A stretch of DNA of 64,000 nucleotides from Candidatus Brocadiia bacterium (GTDB taxonomy: Bacteria > Planctomycetota > Brocadiia > CAIUPP01). The DNA is taken from the NCBI GenBank assembly GCA_050015075.1, contig JBEKCB010000006.1:121581-185580 (forward strand). Reading direction: 5' to 3'. Numbering within the stretch: position 1 is the first letter of the stretch; each line of letters begins with the position of its first letter. Shown piece after piece: positions 20,418-30,024 of this stretch. The notes beneath the pieces were generated by a model that did no database searches, was not told where the DNA came from, and worked only from the letters and a program-made list of their open reading frames with translations. Both the position numbers and the translations under genes were made by a program.

Positions 20418-21269
20418 ATGGACAAGTTTCCACGAACTCTGGTCGGCGGCGTTTCGCTGCCGCGGATGATCGTCGGGACGAATTGGTTCCTCGGCTGGTC
20501 GCACCAGAGCGGGGCGAAGAACAAATTCATCAAGTCCTTCCAGACGCGCGAGCGGATCGCCGAGTTGCTCGGGGTCTTCCTGGACGCGGGCGTGGACGCG
20601 ATCATGAGCCCGATTTCGCCGATGCTGCGCGACGCGATCCGCGACGCGGAAGACCGCGCCGGCCGCAAGATGATCTCGATCCTCACTCCCGATTTCAACC
20701 TGACGGCGGGCGGGCCGCCGGAGCAGGAACCGGAGCGCGTGTTCGACGTCTGCCGCGAAATGGGCGGCACGTTCTGCATGCCGCACCAGTGCGTGACCGA
20801 CGCGCTCACCGACCGGCGCGCGCGCGTGATCCGCGACCTCGACCGCTACACGAAAATGATCCGCGAGCGCGGCATGATCCCCGGCCTTTCCACGCACATG
20901 CCGGAAGTCGTCCCCTATGCCGACGCCATGAATGCGGACGTCGAGACCTACATCCAGATCTACAACGCCGCCGGCTTCCTGATGCAGGTCGAGGTGGACT
21001 GGGTCATGAAGATCATCGCCGAGGCGAAGAAGCCGGTGATGACCATCAAGCCCTTCGCCGCCGGCCGGCTCATCGTCCCCGTCGGCCTCGCCTTCGTCTG
21101 GAGCACCATCCGCGAGCAGGACATGGTCACCGTCGGCACGACCACGCCGGACGAAGCGAAGGAGGTCATCTCCATTTCGCTCGACCTCCTCAGCCGCCGC
21201 CAGCCGACCATCGAGCTCCAGAAGACGCGGAGCAAACGGTCGCTCGAGCCGGCGAGGAGCGGAACGTAA
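20418..21269 (+). CDS. Conserved hypothetical protein, aldo/keto-reductase-like fold possible
   Basis: RMIVGTNWFLGWSH, PGLSTH, KPVMTIKPFAAGR; typical codon usage. Confidence 0.7.
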   Translation: MDKFPRTLVGGVSLPRMIVGTNWFLGWSHQSGAKNKFIKSFQTRERIAELLGVFLDAGVDAIMSPISPMLRDAIRDAEDRAGRKMISILTPDFNLTAGGPPEQEPERVFDVCREMGGTFCMPHQCVTDALTDRRARVIRDLDRYTKMIRERGMIPGLSTHMPEVVPYADAMNADVETYIQIYNAAGFLMQVEVDWVMKIIAEAKKPVMTIKPFAAGRLIVPVGLAFVWSTIREQDMVTVGTTTPDEAKEVISISLDLLSRRQPTIELQKTRSKRSLEPARSGT

Positions 21270-21305
21270 CCGCCTGTCGCGCCTCCCCGATTGGAGAAGA
21301 CTCGA

Positions 21306-22466
21306 ATGGGAAATCCCGAGCCGACGAACGGGCAGCCGACGGATGCCGAACTGCGCCGGTCGCGGCGGAATTTTCTCGTCGCGGCGGGCACGGTGGGCGC
21401 CGGGATGCTGTTGACCGGCGCCGGCGGCATCGCGGCGGCGGCGGATGAGAAGAATGCCGGGGAAAGGAGCGGGCCAGTGGCTGAGCGACATACCCTCAAC
21501 GTGCGGGATTTCGGCGCAACCGGAGACGGCAAGACTGACGATACCAAGGCGATTCAGAAGGCCTTGGATTCCGCGGCCGGCACCCAGGGAACGGTCTTCG
21601 TGCCGGAGGGCTCGTACATGTCCGGGGAACTGCGGATGTCTCCCGGCACAGCGCTTTGCGGCTTTCCGGTATGGAGTTATCGCCACAGCCAGGGCGCCGT
21701 CATTCGCCTGAACGACAGCGCCGCGAAGTGCCTGTTGAATCTCACAGGGGCCTACGGCGCGATGGTCAATGGAGTCTGCTTTCATGGCGGCAGACTCGGC
21801 GGCGACGGCCCGATCCACGGCATCATGATTGACAAGCCGGATTACGGCTCGCAGGAGGACACGCCGCGGATTGACGGGTGCCGCGTCGAGCAGTTCACCG
21901 GCGATGGCATTCGTCTTGAGCGGATCTGGTGCTTCTCCGTCCGGCACAGCCACTCCGTTCACAACGGCGGTTGCGGGCTGCGCGTGCGCGGCTGGGATGG
22001 GTTCATCCTGGACAACTGGTTTTCGGGGAACGCGATGGCCGGTTACGGCGCCTATGACGAGAGCGCCTCGAACACGCTGACCGCAAACCGCATCGAATGG
22101 AACCGACAGGGCGGGATATTGATCCACGGCGGCTCGACTTATAATATCACCGGAAATTACATTGACCGTTCCGGCCGATGCGGCATCGCCCTGCTGCCGA
22201 GGGGCGAGAGCCACTGCGGCGTCATCACCGCGACGGGCAACGTGATCTACCGGAGCGGCAAACCGGACTGGGGCAAAGAGAGCGACTATGACAGCGCGCA
22301 CGCGCGGTTCGAAGAGGTGCGCGGCCTAGCCTTCATCGGCAATGCCATGACCGCCGGAAGGGATGACGGCAACCGAGGCGCGTTGTCGCCCGATTACTCG
22401 ATCGTGGTCCGGCGGCTGGCCAGCTCGGTCATCAAGGACAACGTCGGCACACTGCAGAAGACCTGA
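21306..22466 (+). CDS. Tat-exported right-handed beta-helix protein (pectate lyase 3-like)
   Basis: SRRNFL Tat motif, NVRDFGATGDGKTDDTKAIQ, Asn-ladder repeats. Confidence 0.85.
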   Translation: MGNPEPTNGQPTDAELRRSRRNFLVAAGTVGAGMLLTGAGGIAAAADEKNAGERSGPVAERHTLNVRDFGATGDGKTDDTKAIQKALDSAAGTQGTVFVPEGSYMSGELRMSPGTALCGFPVWSYRHSQGAVIRLNDSAAKCLLNLTGAYGAMVNGVCFHGGRLGGDGPIHGIMIDKPDYGSQEDTPRIDGCRVEQFTGDGIRLERIWCFSVRHSHSVHNGGCGLRVRGWDGFILDNWFSGNAMAGYGAYDESASNTLTANRIEWNRQGGILIHGGSTYNITGNYIDRSGRCGIALLPRGESHCGVITATGNVIYRSGKPDWGKESDYDSAHARFEEVRGLAFIGNAMTAGRDDGNRGALSPDYSIVVRRLASSVIKDNVGTLQKT

Positions 22467-22493
22467 AAGCCCGGCGCGTTTGCGGCGCCGGTC

Positions 22494-22952
22494 CTACCAC
22501 TCCAGCGCGTTGGGGAACCTCGGGATGAGGAACTGCTTCTCCTCGATGAGCCCGGCCTGTGAAGAGAGCTTCGCGGTGACGGCGATATCGCCTTCGGGCG
22601 GAATCGGGATGACGCAGGTTCCCTGGCGCGCGCTCGGGGCAAAGCCATAAAGCGACGTGCCGCAGACGATCTGGACTCGAAGCCCGCCAAGCGCGCGAGC
22701 GGCGACGTTAAGCGTGAAATCCATCGGCAGCGCGACGGCGCCGCCGGACACCAGCTCATCGCGCGGATGGATGTCGAAGGCGTTCTTCTCCTGCGCGGTC
22801 ACCGATCCGGTTTCAGCCAGGAACCGGACTTCGAATCCCCGCGGCTGCGGCGGCGTTTGGCAGCCTGCGGCGAGCAGCACGAGCGCCAGGCCGGCCCACC
22901 ATCGCATGCGCGCCATTCGCCGCCTTTCGGTTTCAATCGAAGCCGTCTTCAT
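22494..22952 (-). CDS. Putative lipoprotein
   Basis: LLAAGC lipobox; start overlaps the stop of the upstream gene. Confidence 0.6.
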   Translation of the reverse strand: MKTASIETERRRMARMRWWAGLALVLLAAGCQTPPQPRGFEVRFLAETGSVTAQEKNAFDIHPRDELVSGGAVALPMDFTLNVAARALGGLRVQIVCGTSLYGFAPSARQGTCVIPIPPEGDIAVTAKLSSQAGLIEEKQFLIPRFPNALEW

Positions 22953-24856
22953 CTCGCCACGTCCATCAACTTGAGAATATGCCACGCCAGCCGGCCGCGC
23001 CAGATTTGGGCGGTATCGGGCGAGACGACCGTCACCGTATCGCGCTCATTGATCGAGAACCGTGCGACCATATCCGCCAGCTCCTGCCGCGCCACCGCCA
23101 CGTCCTCCGGCTTCGCGCCCTGCTTCTCGCGACAGAGACGTTCGAGCGTCCGCACGTAGCGCACGTCGTCCACCGCCGCGCGAAAACCTTCCCACGCCAC
23201 CGTCGGCAGCGGTCCGTCCGGGCTCGGATACGCGAACGACTCGTGCGCGCCGGGCGCATCGAACGGCGCCGGTGTGCCGTCTCCGGGACGAGACGCCCCC
23301 GTTTGGCTCGATTCGCCGGTGAACAAGTCGTCGTACATGCCGCCGGGTCCCGGCCACTGATACGCCCATTCCAGCGCGCCGGCGGCGCCGATGCGCAACA
23401 GGTACCAGCCGAACCGCATGCGGTTGAAATGAGCGTCCGTGAAGCTGGCCGCGCCGCAAATCCAGACCTGTTGCACGCCGGCTGCCTTGTCCTCGTCGAG
23501 GACCTGCGGTCCGAGAATATCCTTGTGGCAGGCCACATCCAGCTTGCCTCTGAACCGGCCGGACTGGTCCTCGCCATGAGACCCGCCGTTGACGAACAGG
23601 AACGTGAGGTCGTCGAGTTTCCGCGCCATCGCCAGGTATCGCCCGCAGGCCCGGCTGAGTTCCTCCGTGTCGCTGGGCCTGCCGAGGACGCAGATGTACG
23701 GCTCCGTGAGCTGCGCCTCCCGGAACCGGCCGACGCCGGCGCCGAGAGCGGCATCATAGACGCGGTCAAACAGCCACGTGCCGGGCTGGGCGCGGTCCGC
23801 GTCGAACGGCTTCGGGTCCTGCTGATTCCTGAGCTGCAGCAGCTCCCGCGAGAGTTCGGCGAAGTCCGCATCTCCGAACCACACGCAGCGGGTCCGATCG
23901 AAGCCGGCCTCCCTGGCCGAGTTCAACTCCTCGTCGAGAGAAACGAACGTAGCCAGAACGCCCTCGCCGGGCTGCGAGGCATCGAAGACCGGCTCGACAT
24001 CCTCGCCGGTCCCGCGCAAAGCCAGCCTCATCGGCGACGACACCGTCAGGCAATTCATCCCGTGCTCGCGCTGGTCAACGAGGTGCTTCATCCGCTGGCC
24101 GGGAATCACGTCGCCCTCGCCGAACGCCTTGAGCCAGTCGCGATAGAGCGCGTAGAAGACGCCGTAGCTGATGCCCGGAGGATCGAGTTCGAACGGCAGC
24201 ACGCGCAGCGCGATCTCGCGAGTGGCCGAGGGCCGGCCCTTCGCGCGAAATGTCGCCGTGCCGCGATAGACGCCGGGAACCGCGTCCTTCGGCGCGAACA
24301 GCGTCACCCAATAGTGGCGCGTCAGGCCTTTGGTCATCGCGGTCGGATGCGCGGCTTCGAGGATGTCCGGGACGAGACGGTACGTCTTGGCCGCGCGGTC
24401 CGCGGCCCGGCGCTGAATCCAGAGCTGCCGGACGTCAACGTTTTGCGCCCCGAGAAGTTTTCCGCCCGGCCCGACCAGGTCGCTCACGGTGAGCACGGCG
24501 TCCTCGAGGTCCTCCAGCGGGCGGACGCAAAGCAGGATCGGCTCGTATTGCGCGAGCGCCGCGAAGGTGATGATCGGCCGGTCAATTTCGAATCGGAACG
24601 GCGCGTCGCAGACCTGCGGCTCGCCCATCGGATTGCGCGAGAAAAGCACGTAACCGGCGGCGCGCTCCGCATCGGTCAGCGCCGGCATCGCGGCCGCGGC
24701 CGGCGTGACGTCCTTCCAGCCTTTGGGAATTTCGACGCGATCCGCATAACCGGGCACGTGCCGGCCGAGCGCCTGGAAACCCGGCGGCGCTTCCTGCGCG
24801 CCGACCGCCGCGCACCAGAGAATCCCGGCGCCGATCACGCCCCAGTGAATCCGCAT
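22949..24856 (-). CDS. Secreted glycoside-hydrolase-like protein (DUF4091/GH123-like architecture)
   Basis: Signal peptide, YWVTL...PGVYRG, VLPFEL, C-terminal WEGFRAAVDDVRY. Confidence 0.65.
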   Translation of the reverse strand: MRIHWGVIGAGILWCAAVGAQEAPPGFQALGRHVPGYADRVEIPKGWKDVTPAAAAMPALTDAERAAGYVLFSRNPMGEPQVCDAPFRFEIDRPIITFAALAQYEPILLCVRPLEDLEDAVLTVSDLVGPGGKLLGAQNVDVRQLWIQRRAADRAAKTYRLVPDILEAAHPTAMTKGLTRHYWVTLFAPKDAVPGVYRGTATFRAKGRPSATREIALRVLPFELDPPGISYGVFYALYRDWLKAFGEGDVIPGQRMKHLVDQREHGMNCLTVSSPMRLALRGTGEDVEPVFDASQPGEGVLATFVSLDEELNSAREAGFDRTRCVWFGDADFAELSRELLQLRNQQDPKPFDADRAQPGTWLFDRVYDAALGAGVGRFREAQLTEPYICVLGRPSDTEELSRACGRYLAMARKLDDLTFLFVNGGSHGEDQSGRFRGKLDVACHKDILGPQVLDEDKAAGVQQVWICGAASFTDAHFNRMRFGWYLLRIGAAGALEWAYQWPGPGGMYDDLFTGESSQTGASRPGDGTPAPFDAPGAHESFAYPSPDGPLPTVAWEGFRAAVDDVRYVRTLERLCREKQGAKPEDVAVARQELADMVARFSINERDTVTVVSPDTAQIWRGRLAWHILKLMDVAR

Positions 24857-25149
24857 CTCGCTATCGTCCTCGCTCGCCCCGTGCCAGCGTCCGGAAGACC
24901 TCGGATGCGGGGAATCTTACATCCCGCCGTCGCAAACATCAAGATCCCTATCCGCTCGCTTCAGCCTTCCCGCAGCCTTGGAACGCTTCGCAACACCGAC
25001 AGAAGACCGAAAAAACACTTGACAGCGGCAATCCGACCGTATAATCTGGTCTTTGGCAGCCGACTGTCCTTGGGAGGACGGTCAAAACGGGAATCCCTGT
25101 CGAACTGGGGACGTACTGTCCTTCCCGCTGTGTAGGACGTGCCTTATTC

Positions 25150-25986
25150 ATGATCTCGAAGGATAGCGCAACGCCCGCCGAGATGCACGAGGGGGGAAAC
25201 GGCGACCTCGTGATCCGGCCGGCGCATGACCGCGCCGAACTCGAAGGCGCCTACGAGCTGGTCTATCACAATTATCGCCCCCGCGAGTACATTCCCGCCA
25301 ATCCTTTCGGCCTTCGCCTCACGATTTTCAACGCGTTTCCGAGCAGCGTAACTTTCGTCGGCGTCATCCACAACCAGGTGATCGCCACGGTGTCCCTGAT
25401 TCCCGACACGCCGATCGGGCTGCCCATGGACGAAATCTATCGCGAAGAAGTCCAGGCCCTGCGCGATGCCGGCCGGCGGCTGGTCGAGGTCACGATGCTC
25501 GCCGACCGGCGCCTGACGATCCGGCGCTCGCTGGCGACGGTGCTGACGCTCATGAAGCTCGTCTTCGACTGCGCAGCCCTGTCGTTGAAAGCCACCGATC
25601 TGTGCATCACGGTCAACCCGCATCACGACAAGTTCTACCATGAGTACCTGCTCTTCAGCCCGCTCGGCGGGTTGCGCGCCTATCCGAGCGTGAGCGGCAA
25701 TCCCGCCATCGCCCGGCGGCAGGACCTGGAGCGCGTCGAGGAGGAATTCCGGCGCCGACGACCGTCGCTGCTGCACCGCTTTTTCGAGGACCGGACGCCC
25801 ACGAGCCTGTTCGAACAGCGGTATCACATGACGGCCGCCGACCTGCGCTACTTCTTCGTCGAACGCACGCACATCTTCCAGGAGTCGCCCCCCTACATGC
25901 TGAACCGGCTGCGAGATTGCTACCCGGATTTCGACTGGGACGCGCTGGGGGCCGGTCAGTTCAGCGGAGCGCACGGCGCTTCCTGA
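25150..25986 (+). CDS. N-acyl amino acid synthase FeeM-like protein
   Basis: AYELVYHNY, ATVSLIPD...GLPMDEIY, EVTMLA, ITVNPHHDKFY. Confidence 0.75.
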   Translation: MISKDSATPAEMHEGGNGDLVIRPAHDRAELEGAYELVYHNYRPREYIPANPFGLRLTIFNAFPSSVTFVGVIHNQVIATVSLIPDTPIGLPMDEIYREEVQALRDAGRRLVEVTMLADRRLTIRRSLATVLTLMKLVFDCAALSLKATDLCITVNPHHDKFYHEYLLFSPLGGLRAYPSVSGNPAIARRQDLERVEEEFRRRRPSLLHRFFEDRTPTSLFEQRYHMTAADLRYFFVERTHIFQESPPYMLNRLRDCYPDFDWDALGAGQFSGAHGAS

Positions 25987-26001
25987 ATGGCCGGGGACAG
26001 T

Positions 26002-26103
26002 GGGGCTCTTGAAAAAGTCTGTTTGTCATTCCCGCTTGCGCGGGAACGACGCAGCGCAGACGCGGTACGAGCGGGTTCTTCCGACGGCTTTTTCAGCAGC
26101 CCC
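26002..26103. mobile_element. Second MITE-like element of the 11441 family
   Basis: TIRs ggggctcttgaaaaag / ctttttcagcagcccc; one internal GTCATTCCCGCTTGCGCGGGAACGAC palindrome. Confidence 0.65.
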
Positions 26104-26157
26104 TGTCCCTGAAAAACCGAAGGCCGTCGTCCCGTCGTCTTACGGCATACTCCGTAT

Positions 26158-27210
26158 CTATCTCGCCGGCGGGATCTCCTTCAAGCGTTCCACGATCGTC
26201 TCCACGCGGATTTTCTTCATCCCCTCCGCGCTGAGTTTCTTGTCCGGCTGGAAGGTTTCATAGCTCTCGTCCGGCGGGAGGACAGTGTTCGACTTCTCCC
26301 GCGCGTACGGTCCCCAGCGCATCGGGTGGCAGGCCGGGACGGTGCAATAGAAACCGAGCAGCCGCCGGTTGAACGCCCGCGCGATGTGCAGCGGGCCGGT
26401 GCTGTTCGAGAGGAACAGGTCGCAGCCGGAAACCAGCGCGACGAGGTCGGAGAGCGAAAAAGCCCCCGTCGCATCCACAAGCCGGCGCTTCGCGGCGGAG
26501 GCCAGGCCGCGATACAGCGCGGATTCGTCGGAGGTCCCGGTGACGATGACCTCGCCTGGAAACTCAAACGCGTCCATGAGCTTCCCGAAAGTCTCCAGCG
26601 GAAGGTCCACGGCGCTTTGGCCGCTGCCGGGATGGACGATGGTGTAACGAGTGATCTTCCTCGCGTCGAGGAATCGGCGGACGCGCAGGAGCGCCTGATC
26701 GTCGGGCCGCAGGCGGAAATCCACTTCCTCGCGCGCCGGGACCGGGACGTATCCGCGGATCATGTCGAGATTGTAATCCAACTCGTGCCGCTTCGGCTGC
26801 CGGCGGCGCTGGAAGACCGGCACGTTGTAGCGCCAGGAGTGCAGGCGCAGGCCGCTGCCCATCCGGAACGGAATCTTAGCGTCCCAGACGAGCCGCGCCA
26901 CGTCGTCCTTGCTGTGGACGACGATGGCCAGATCGTACTTCTCCGACCGGATTTCGCGCAGGCATTGGTCGTATGCCGCGCGATCTTTCAGCGAGTCCGG
27001 GACGACCACGACCTTGTCCACGTCGGGATGGCCCGCCGCCAGAGGCGCGGTGTAGCCCCGGAGCAGGAAGTGCACTGCAGCCTGCGGGAACCGCCGCCGG
27101 ATCGCCGTGGCCATCGGCAGAGTCAGCACGACGTCGCCGATCCGGTCGTTGCGGACGATCAGGATTCTCTGCGCCCTGTCGAATCGAAAGCCGCCGCCGA
27201 AGATTCTCAT
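26158..27210 (-). CDS. Glycosyltransferase family 9 (heptosyltransferase-like)
   Basis: ILIVRNDRIGDVVLTLP, HPGSG, SNSTGPLHIA; the track's upstream extension is antisense to the tRNA. Confidence 0.9.
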   Translation of the reverse strand: MRIFGGGFRFDRAQRILIVRNDRIGDVVLTLPMATAIRRRFPQAAVHFLLRGYTAPLAAGHPDVDKVVVVPDSLKDRAAYDQCLREIRSEKYDLAIVVHSKDDVARLVWDAKIPFRMGSGLRLHSWRYNVPVFQRRRQPKRHELDYNLDMIRGYVPVPAREEVDFRLRPDDQALLRVRRFLDARKITRYTIVHPGSGQSAVDLPLETFGKLMDAFEFPGEVIVTGTSDESALYRGLASAAKRRLVDATGAFSLSDLVALVSGCDLFLSNSTGPLHIARAFNRRLLGFYCTVPACHPMRWGPYAREKSNTVLPPDESYETFQPDKKLSAEGMKKIRVETIVERLKEIPPAR

Positions 27211-27226
27211 GCCGGGCCCGTCCGCC

Positions 27227-27254
27227 TTGACTCCTGTGAGCGGGAGATTATAAT
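27227..27254 (+). promoter_or_regulatory. Putative sigma70 promoter of tRNA-Gln
   Basis: TTGACT-16bp-TATAAT. Confidence 0.6.
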
Positions 27255-27270
27255 AGACTCCAGCCTGCGC

Positions 27271-27344
27271 TGAGGATTGGTGTAATGGTAACACACCTGA
27301 CTCTGGATCAGGCATTCCAGGTTCGAGTCCTGGATCCTCAGCCA
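27271..27344 (+). tRNA. tRNA-Gln(CTG)
   Basis: TGAGGAT...ATCCTCA acceptor stem, CTCTGGA anticodon loop, GGTTCGAGTCC T-arm, encoded CCA. Confidence 0.95.
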
Positions 27345-27442
27345 TTCGACTCGCTTCGCTCGCTCATGGCCTTCGGCCGGACAGCGGGCGAGGCGAGTTG
27401 CATTTTAAGGCCGGCGAGTCCGGGAGGCAAGCGAGTCGAATG
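27343..27442. repeat. REP-like inverted repeat abutting tRNA-Gln
   Basis: cattcgactcgctt ... aagcgagtcgaatg; the same core follows tRNA-Asn. Confidence 0.6.
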
Positions 27443-27494
27443 ACCCGGGTTCGCACAAACCTTCGCGAGGTTGATTTGGAAAATCCCGATTGAC

Positions 27495-28463
27495 ATGACC
27501 GGACGAGAACGAGTGCTGAGTTGCGTGCGGCGGACGGGACCGGATCGGACACCGTACTTGCGCTGGGATGATTTTGCCAGGACTGACATCGTTGCGGCCT
27601 GGGCGCGGTACGCCGGGAACCCGGCGCCGATTCGTCGCGAATGGGTGGACGAATGGGGTTGCCGATGGGAAACGCTGGACACTACCGCCGGTCACGTCGC
27701 GGGGCACCCGATCGCGTCGGCGGCCGATTATGCGGCCTACCGACTTCCTGAACCGCAGTTGGACCTGGCGGGTCTGCGGGCCAACCGGGCCGAGTATCCC
27801 GACCGAGCGTGCAGCGGCGGGCTGAGTTTCTTCTTTTTCGAACGGCTCGAGAAACTGCGGGAGTTCCGCGAGGCGATGATGGATCTCGCCGCCGAGCGCG
27901 AAACGCTGGAGGCGTTCCTCGACCGGCTGCAGGCGTACTACATCGCGATGGTGGACGCGTACGCCGCAAGCGGGACGGTGGACATCATCTGCGTCAACGA
28001 GGACCTCGGCTTGCAGGACCGGCTGACGATTTCGCCGGCGATGTGGCGCGAAGTGTTCAAGCCGCGCTGCCAGGCGGTATACAACCGCGCGCACGAACAC
28101 GGCTTGCTGGTGTTTCAACATAGCTGCGGCTACGTGCAGGACATCATCAGCGACCTGTCCGAGATCGGCGTGGACATCCTGGAGCTGCAGCAGTTGAACT
28201 GCATGGACATGGACGCCGTGGCCGCCGCGCGCGGCCGGATGTGCATCACGGCGCCGGTGGACATTCAAGCGGTATTGCCGACCGGCGACTGGGAACGGAT
28301 CGCCGAATTTCAAGCCCGGTTGTTCCGCGTCTTCGACCGGCCGGAAGGCGGGTTCATACCGCAAATCTACAGCGACTTATTGTCCCTGGGTGTTTCGGCG
28401 GAACTCGGCGGGCAACTGCAGAAATTGATTTTCCATCTGTGCGATTGGAGAAAGCAGCGCTGA
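27495..28463 (+). CDS. Uroporphyrinogen decarboxylase/MtaA-CmuA superfamily protein
   Basis: MTGRERV...PDRTP, DEWGCRW, EDLGLQDRLTISP, HSCG, GGFI. Confidence 0.85.
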   Translation: MTGRERVLSCVRRTGPDRTPYLRWDDFARTDIVAAWARYAGNPAPIRREWVDEWGCRWETLDTTAGHVAGHPIASAADYAAYRLPEPQLDLAGLRANRAEYPDRACSGGLSFFFFERLEKLREFREAMMDLAAERETLEAFLDRLQAYYIAMVDAYAASGTVDIICVNEDLGLQDRLTISPAMWREVFKPRCQAVYNRAHEHGLLVFQHSCGYVQDIISDLSEIGVDILELQQLNCMDMDAVAAARGRMCITAPVDIQAVLPTGDWERIAEFQARLFRVFDRPEGGFIPQIYSDLLSLGVSAELGGQLQKLIFHLCDWRKQR

Positions 28464-28618
28464 AGCCGACTCAATGAAGGTAGTACCGCCAGAGGAACCC
28501 AAACCGCACGTGCGGGAATGCGATCGCGTAATACGCCGGCATGGAGAAAAAGCGGGTGATCGGCGGGAGTCCGCCGTTTCGCGCACACTGAGCGGCCTCT
28601 ACCGCGCAGCGCGGGAAC

Positions 28619-29965
28619 TCAATCGCGACTGTTCCGCATCGCGAACTCGCGAATGCGGTTCTCCAAGTCGCTGCGCAGGAACCAGTAACAGAACTCGCCG
28701 CGCTTGGCGCCCTGCTTCTGGAAAAGGCGTTGATGAGGACATCCTCCGGCGCATTGCGGAAGGACCGGACAATTCCGGCATTCCTTGTGATCGAACCAGT
28801 CATAGGTCAGCCACGGGATCATGTTGCTGAGTTCAACGTCGGTGTCGAATACGGAGCCATAGGCGCGGTCCGACAGTCCCAGGTCTTCGGGGCACTTGTA
28901 GAGCAACCCGTCGGGACCGACGGCCACGCTGGAGGCGGCCGTCGCCATGCAGCCCGCCTGCAGCTTGAGATACAGCCGCTCGATGGGCAAGCCCAGCTCG
29001 TCCGCTCTTTTGCGCTCGCGCGCCAGGATGTGGACGTATTCCCCGGAGCCGAGCAGCCCCGAGCAGGCGCCGCGTCCGCACTCGGGCTGGCGGACGTTGG
29101 CGAAATAGAGCGCCTGGAGTTTCTTCGAGAGACCCCGACTGAGCAGCGCCCTGTAAAGAGCCTGAATCTCCGCCTCGTCGTCGCGGGAGATATTGATGCG
29201 GAGGACGACCTCCAGCGCGTCGGACAACATGCACGCGCCGTCGAGCGCCTGGTCGAGCGTGTCCCGGCCGCGCCGGTCGCGCTTCTCCGAACTCGGGATG
29301 TCCACCGTGACCTGGGCGCGGCCGACGCGGCATGCCTTGAGCCTCTTTGCCGTGGCGGGGCGAACGAGGGTGCCGTTCGTCTGCATGTGCGCCGCGTAGC
29401 CGATGCTCGCTTTGTCCAACGCAGGCAGCAGCAGCCGGCTGACGCGCTCGATCGTGTCCAGGCCAAGCAAGGGTTCCCCGCCGAACCAGGTCAGCTCGAT
29501 CCGCCGGACTTGCCGCGCCTGGCCGGCGACAAAGCGGACCACGGCGTCCGTAGTCCGGCGGTCCATGGTCTTGCGGGTTGAAAGGGATTGGGCGAGCCCC
29601 TCGAAGCAATAGTCGCATCGAAGATTGCACGCCAGGGTCGGAGTGAGGTACACGCCGAGACAGTCTCGGGAATAGCGCCGGCTGAGGTATCGAACCCGGA
29701 CGACGTCCACTTCATCCACCCCCTGCGGGACCAGGAACCCCTTCTCGCTCAACAGGCGGGCGGTCTTGTCGGTCCGCGCGGCGGCCGGAGAATGCACGGC
29801 GCCGGGAGTCAGAAACCGCCGCCACGCAGCGGTCTCCAACTGGATCAGCGCAGCGGAAAAGGTGTTGAAGACGGCCTTCTGCCCGCCGGGAAGGTCCACG
29901 GACACATTGAACCGCGAAGGCGCCCACGTCCGGGTTGCGGAGGCGTTGCCCGCCGTAGCTGTCAT
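28619..29965 (-). CDS. Radical SAM/SPASM domain peptide maturase (paralog B)
   Basis: CNLRCDYC, WFGGEP; SPASM cysteines GCMA...YKC...ECRNCPVLPQCAGGCP...FC; AGGAG RBS before ATG 29965. Confidence 0.92.
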   Translation of the reverse strand: MTATAGNASATRTWAPSRFNVSVDLPGGQKAVFNTFSAALIQLETAAWRRFLTPGAVHSPAAARTDKTARLLSEKGFLVPQGVDEVDVVRVRYLSRRYSRDCLGVYLTPTLACNLRCDYCFEGLAQSLSTRKTMDRRTTDAVVRFVAGQARQVRRIELTWFGGEPLLGLDTIERVSRLLLPALDKASIGYAAHMQTNGTLVRPATAKRLKACRVGRAQVTVDIPSSEKRDRRGRDTLDQALDGACMLSDALEVVLRINISRDDEAEIQALYRALLSRGLSKKLQALYFANVRQPECGRGACSGLLGSGEYVHILARERKRADELGLPIERLYLKLQAGCMATAASSVAVGPDGLLYKCPEDLGLSDRAYGSVFDTDVELSNMIPWLTYDWFDHKECRNCPVLPQCAGGCPHQRLFQKQGAKRGEFCYWFLRSDLENRIREFAMRNSRD

Positions 29966-30024
29966 CCGAAGCTCTCCTAGGAATTCAGTGGATCGCCGCG
30001 CGGCGAATCCGCTGAGAGTCCGCG

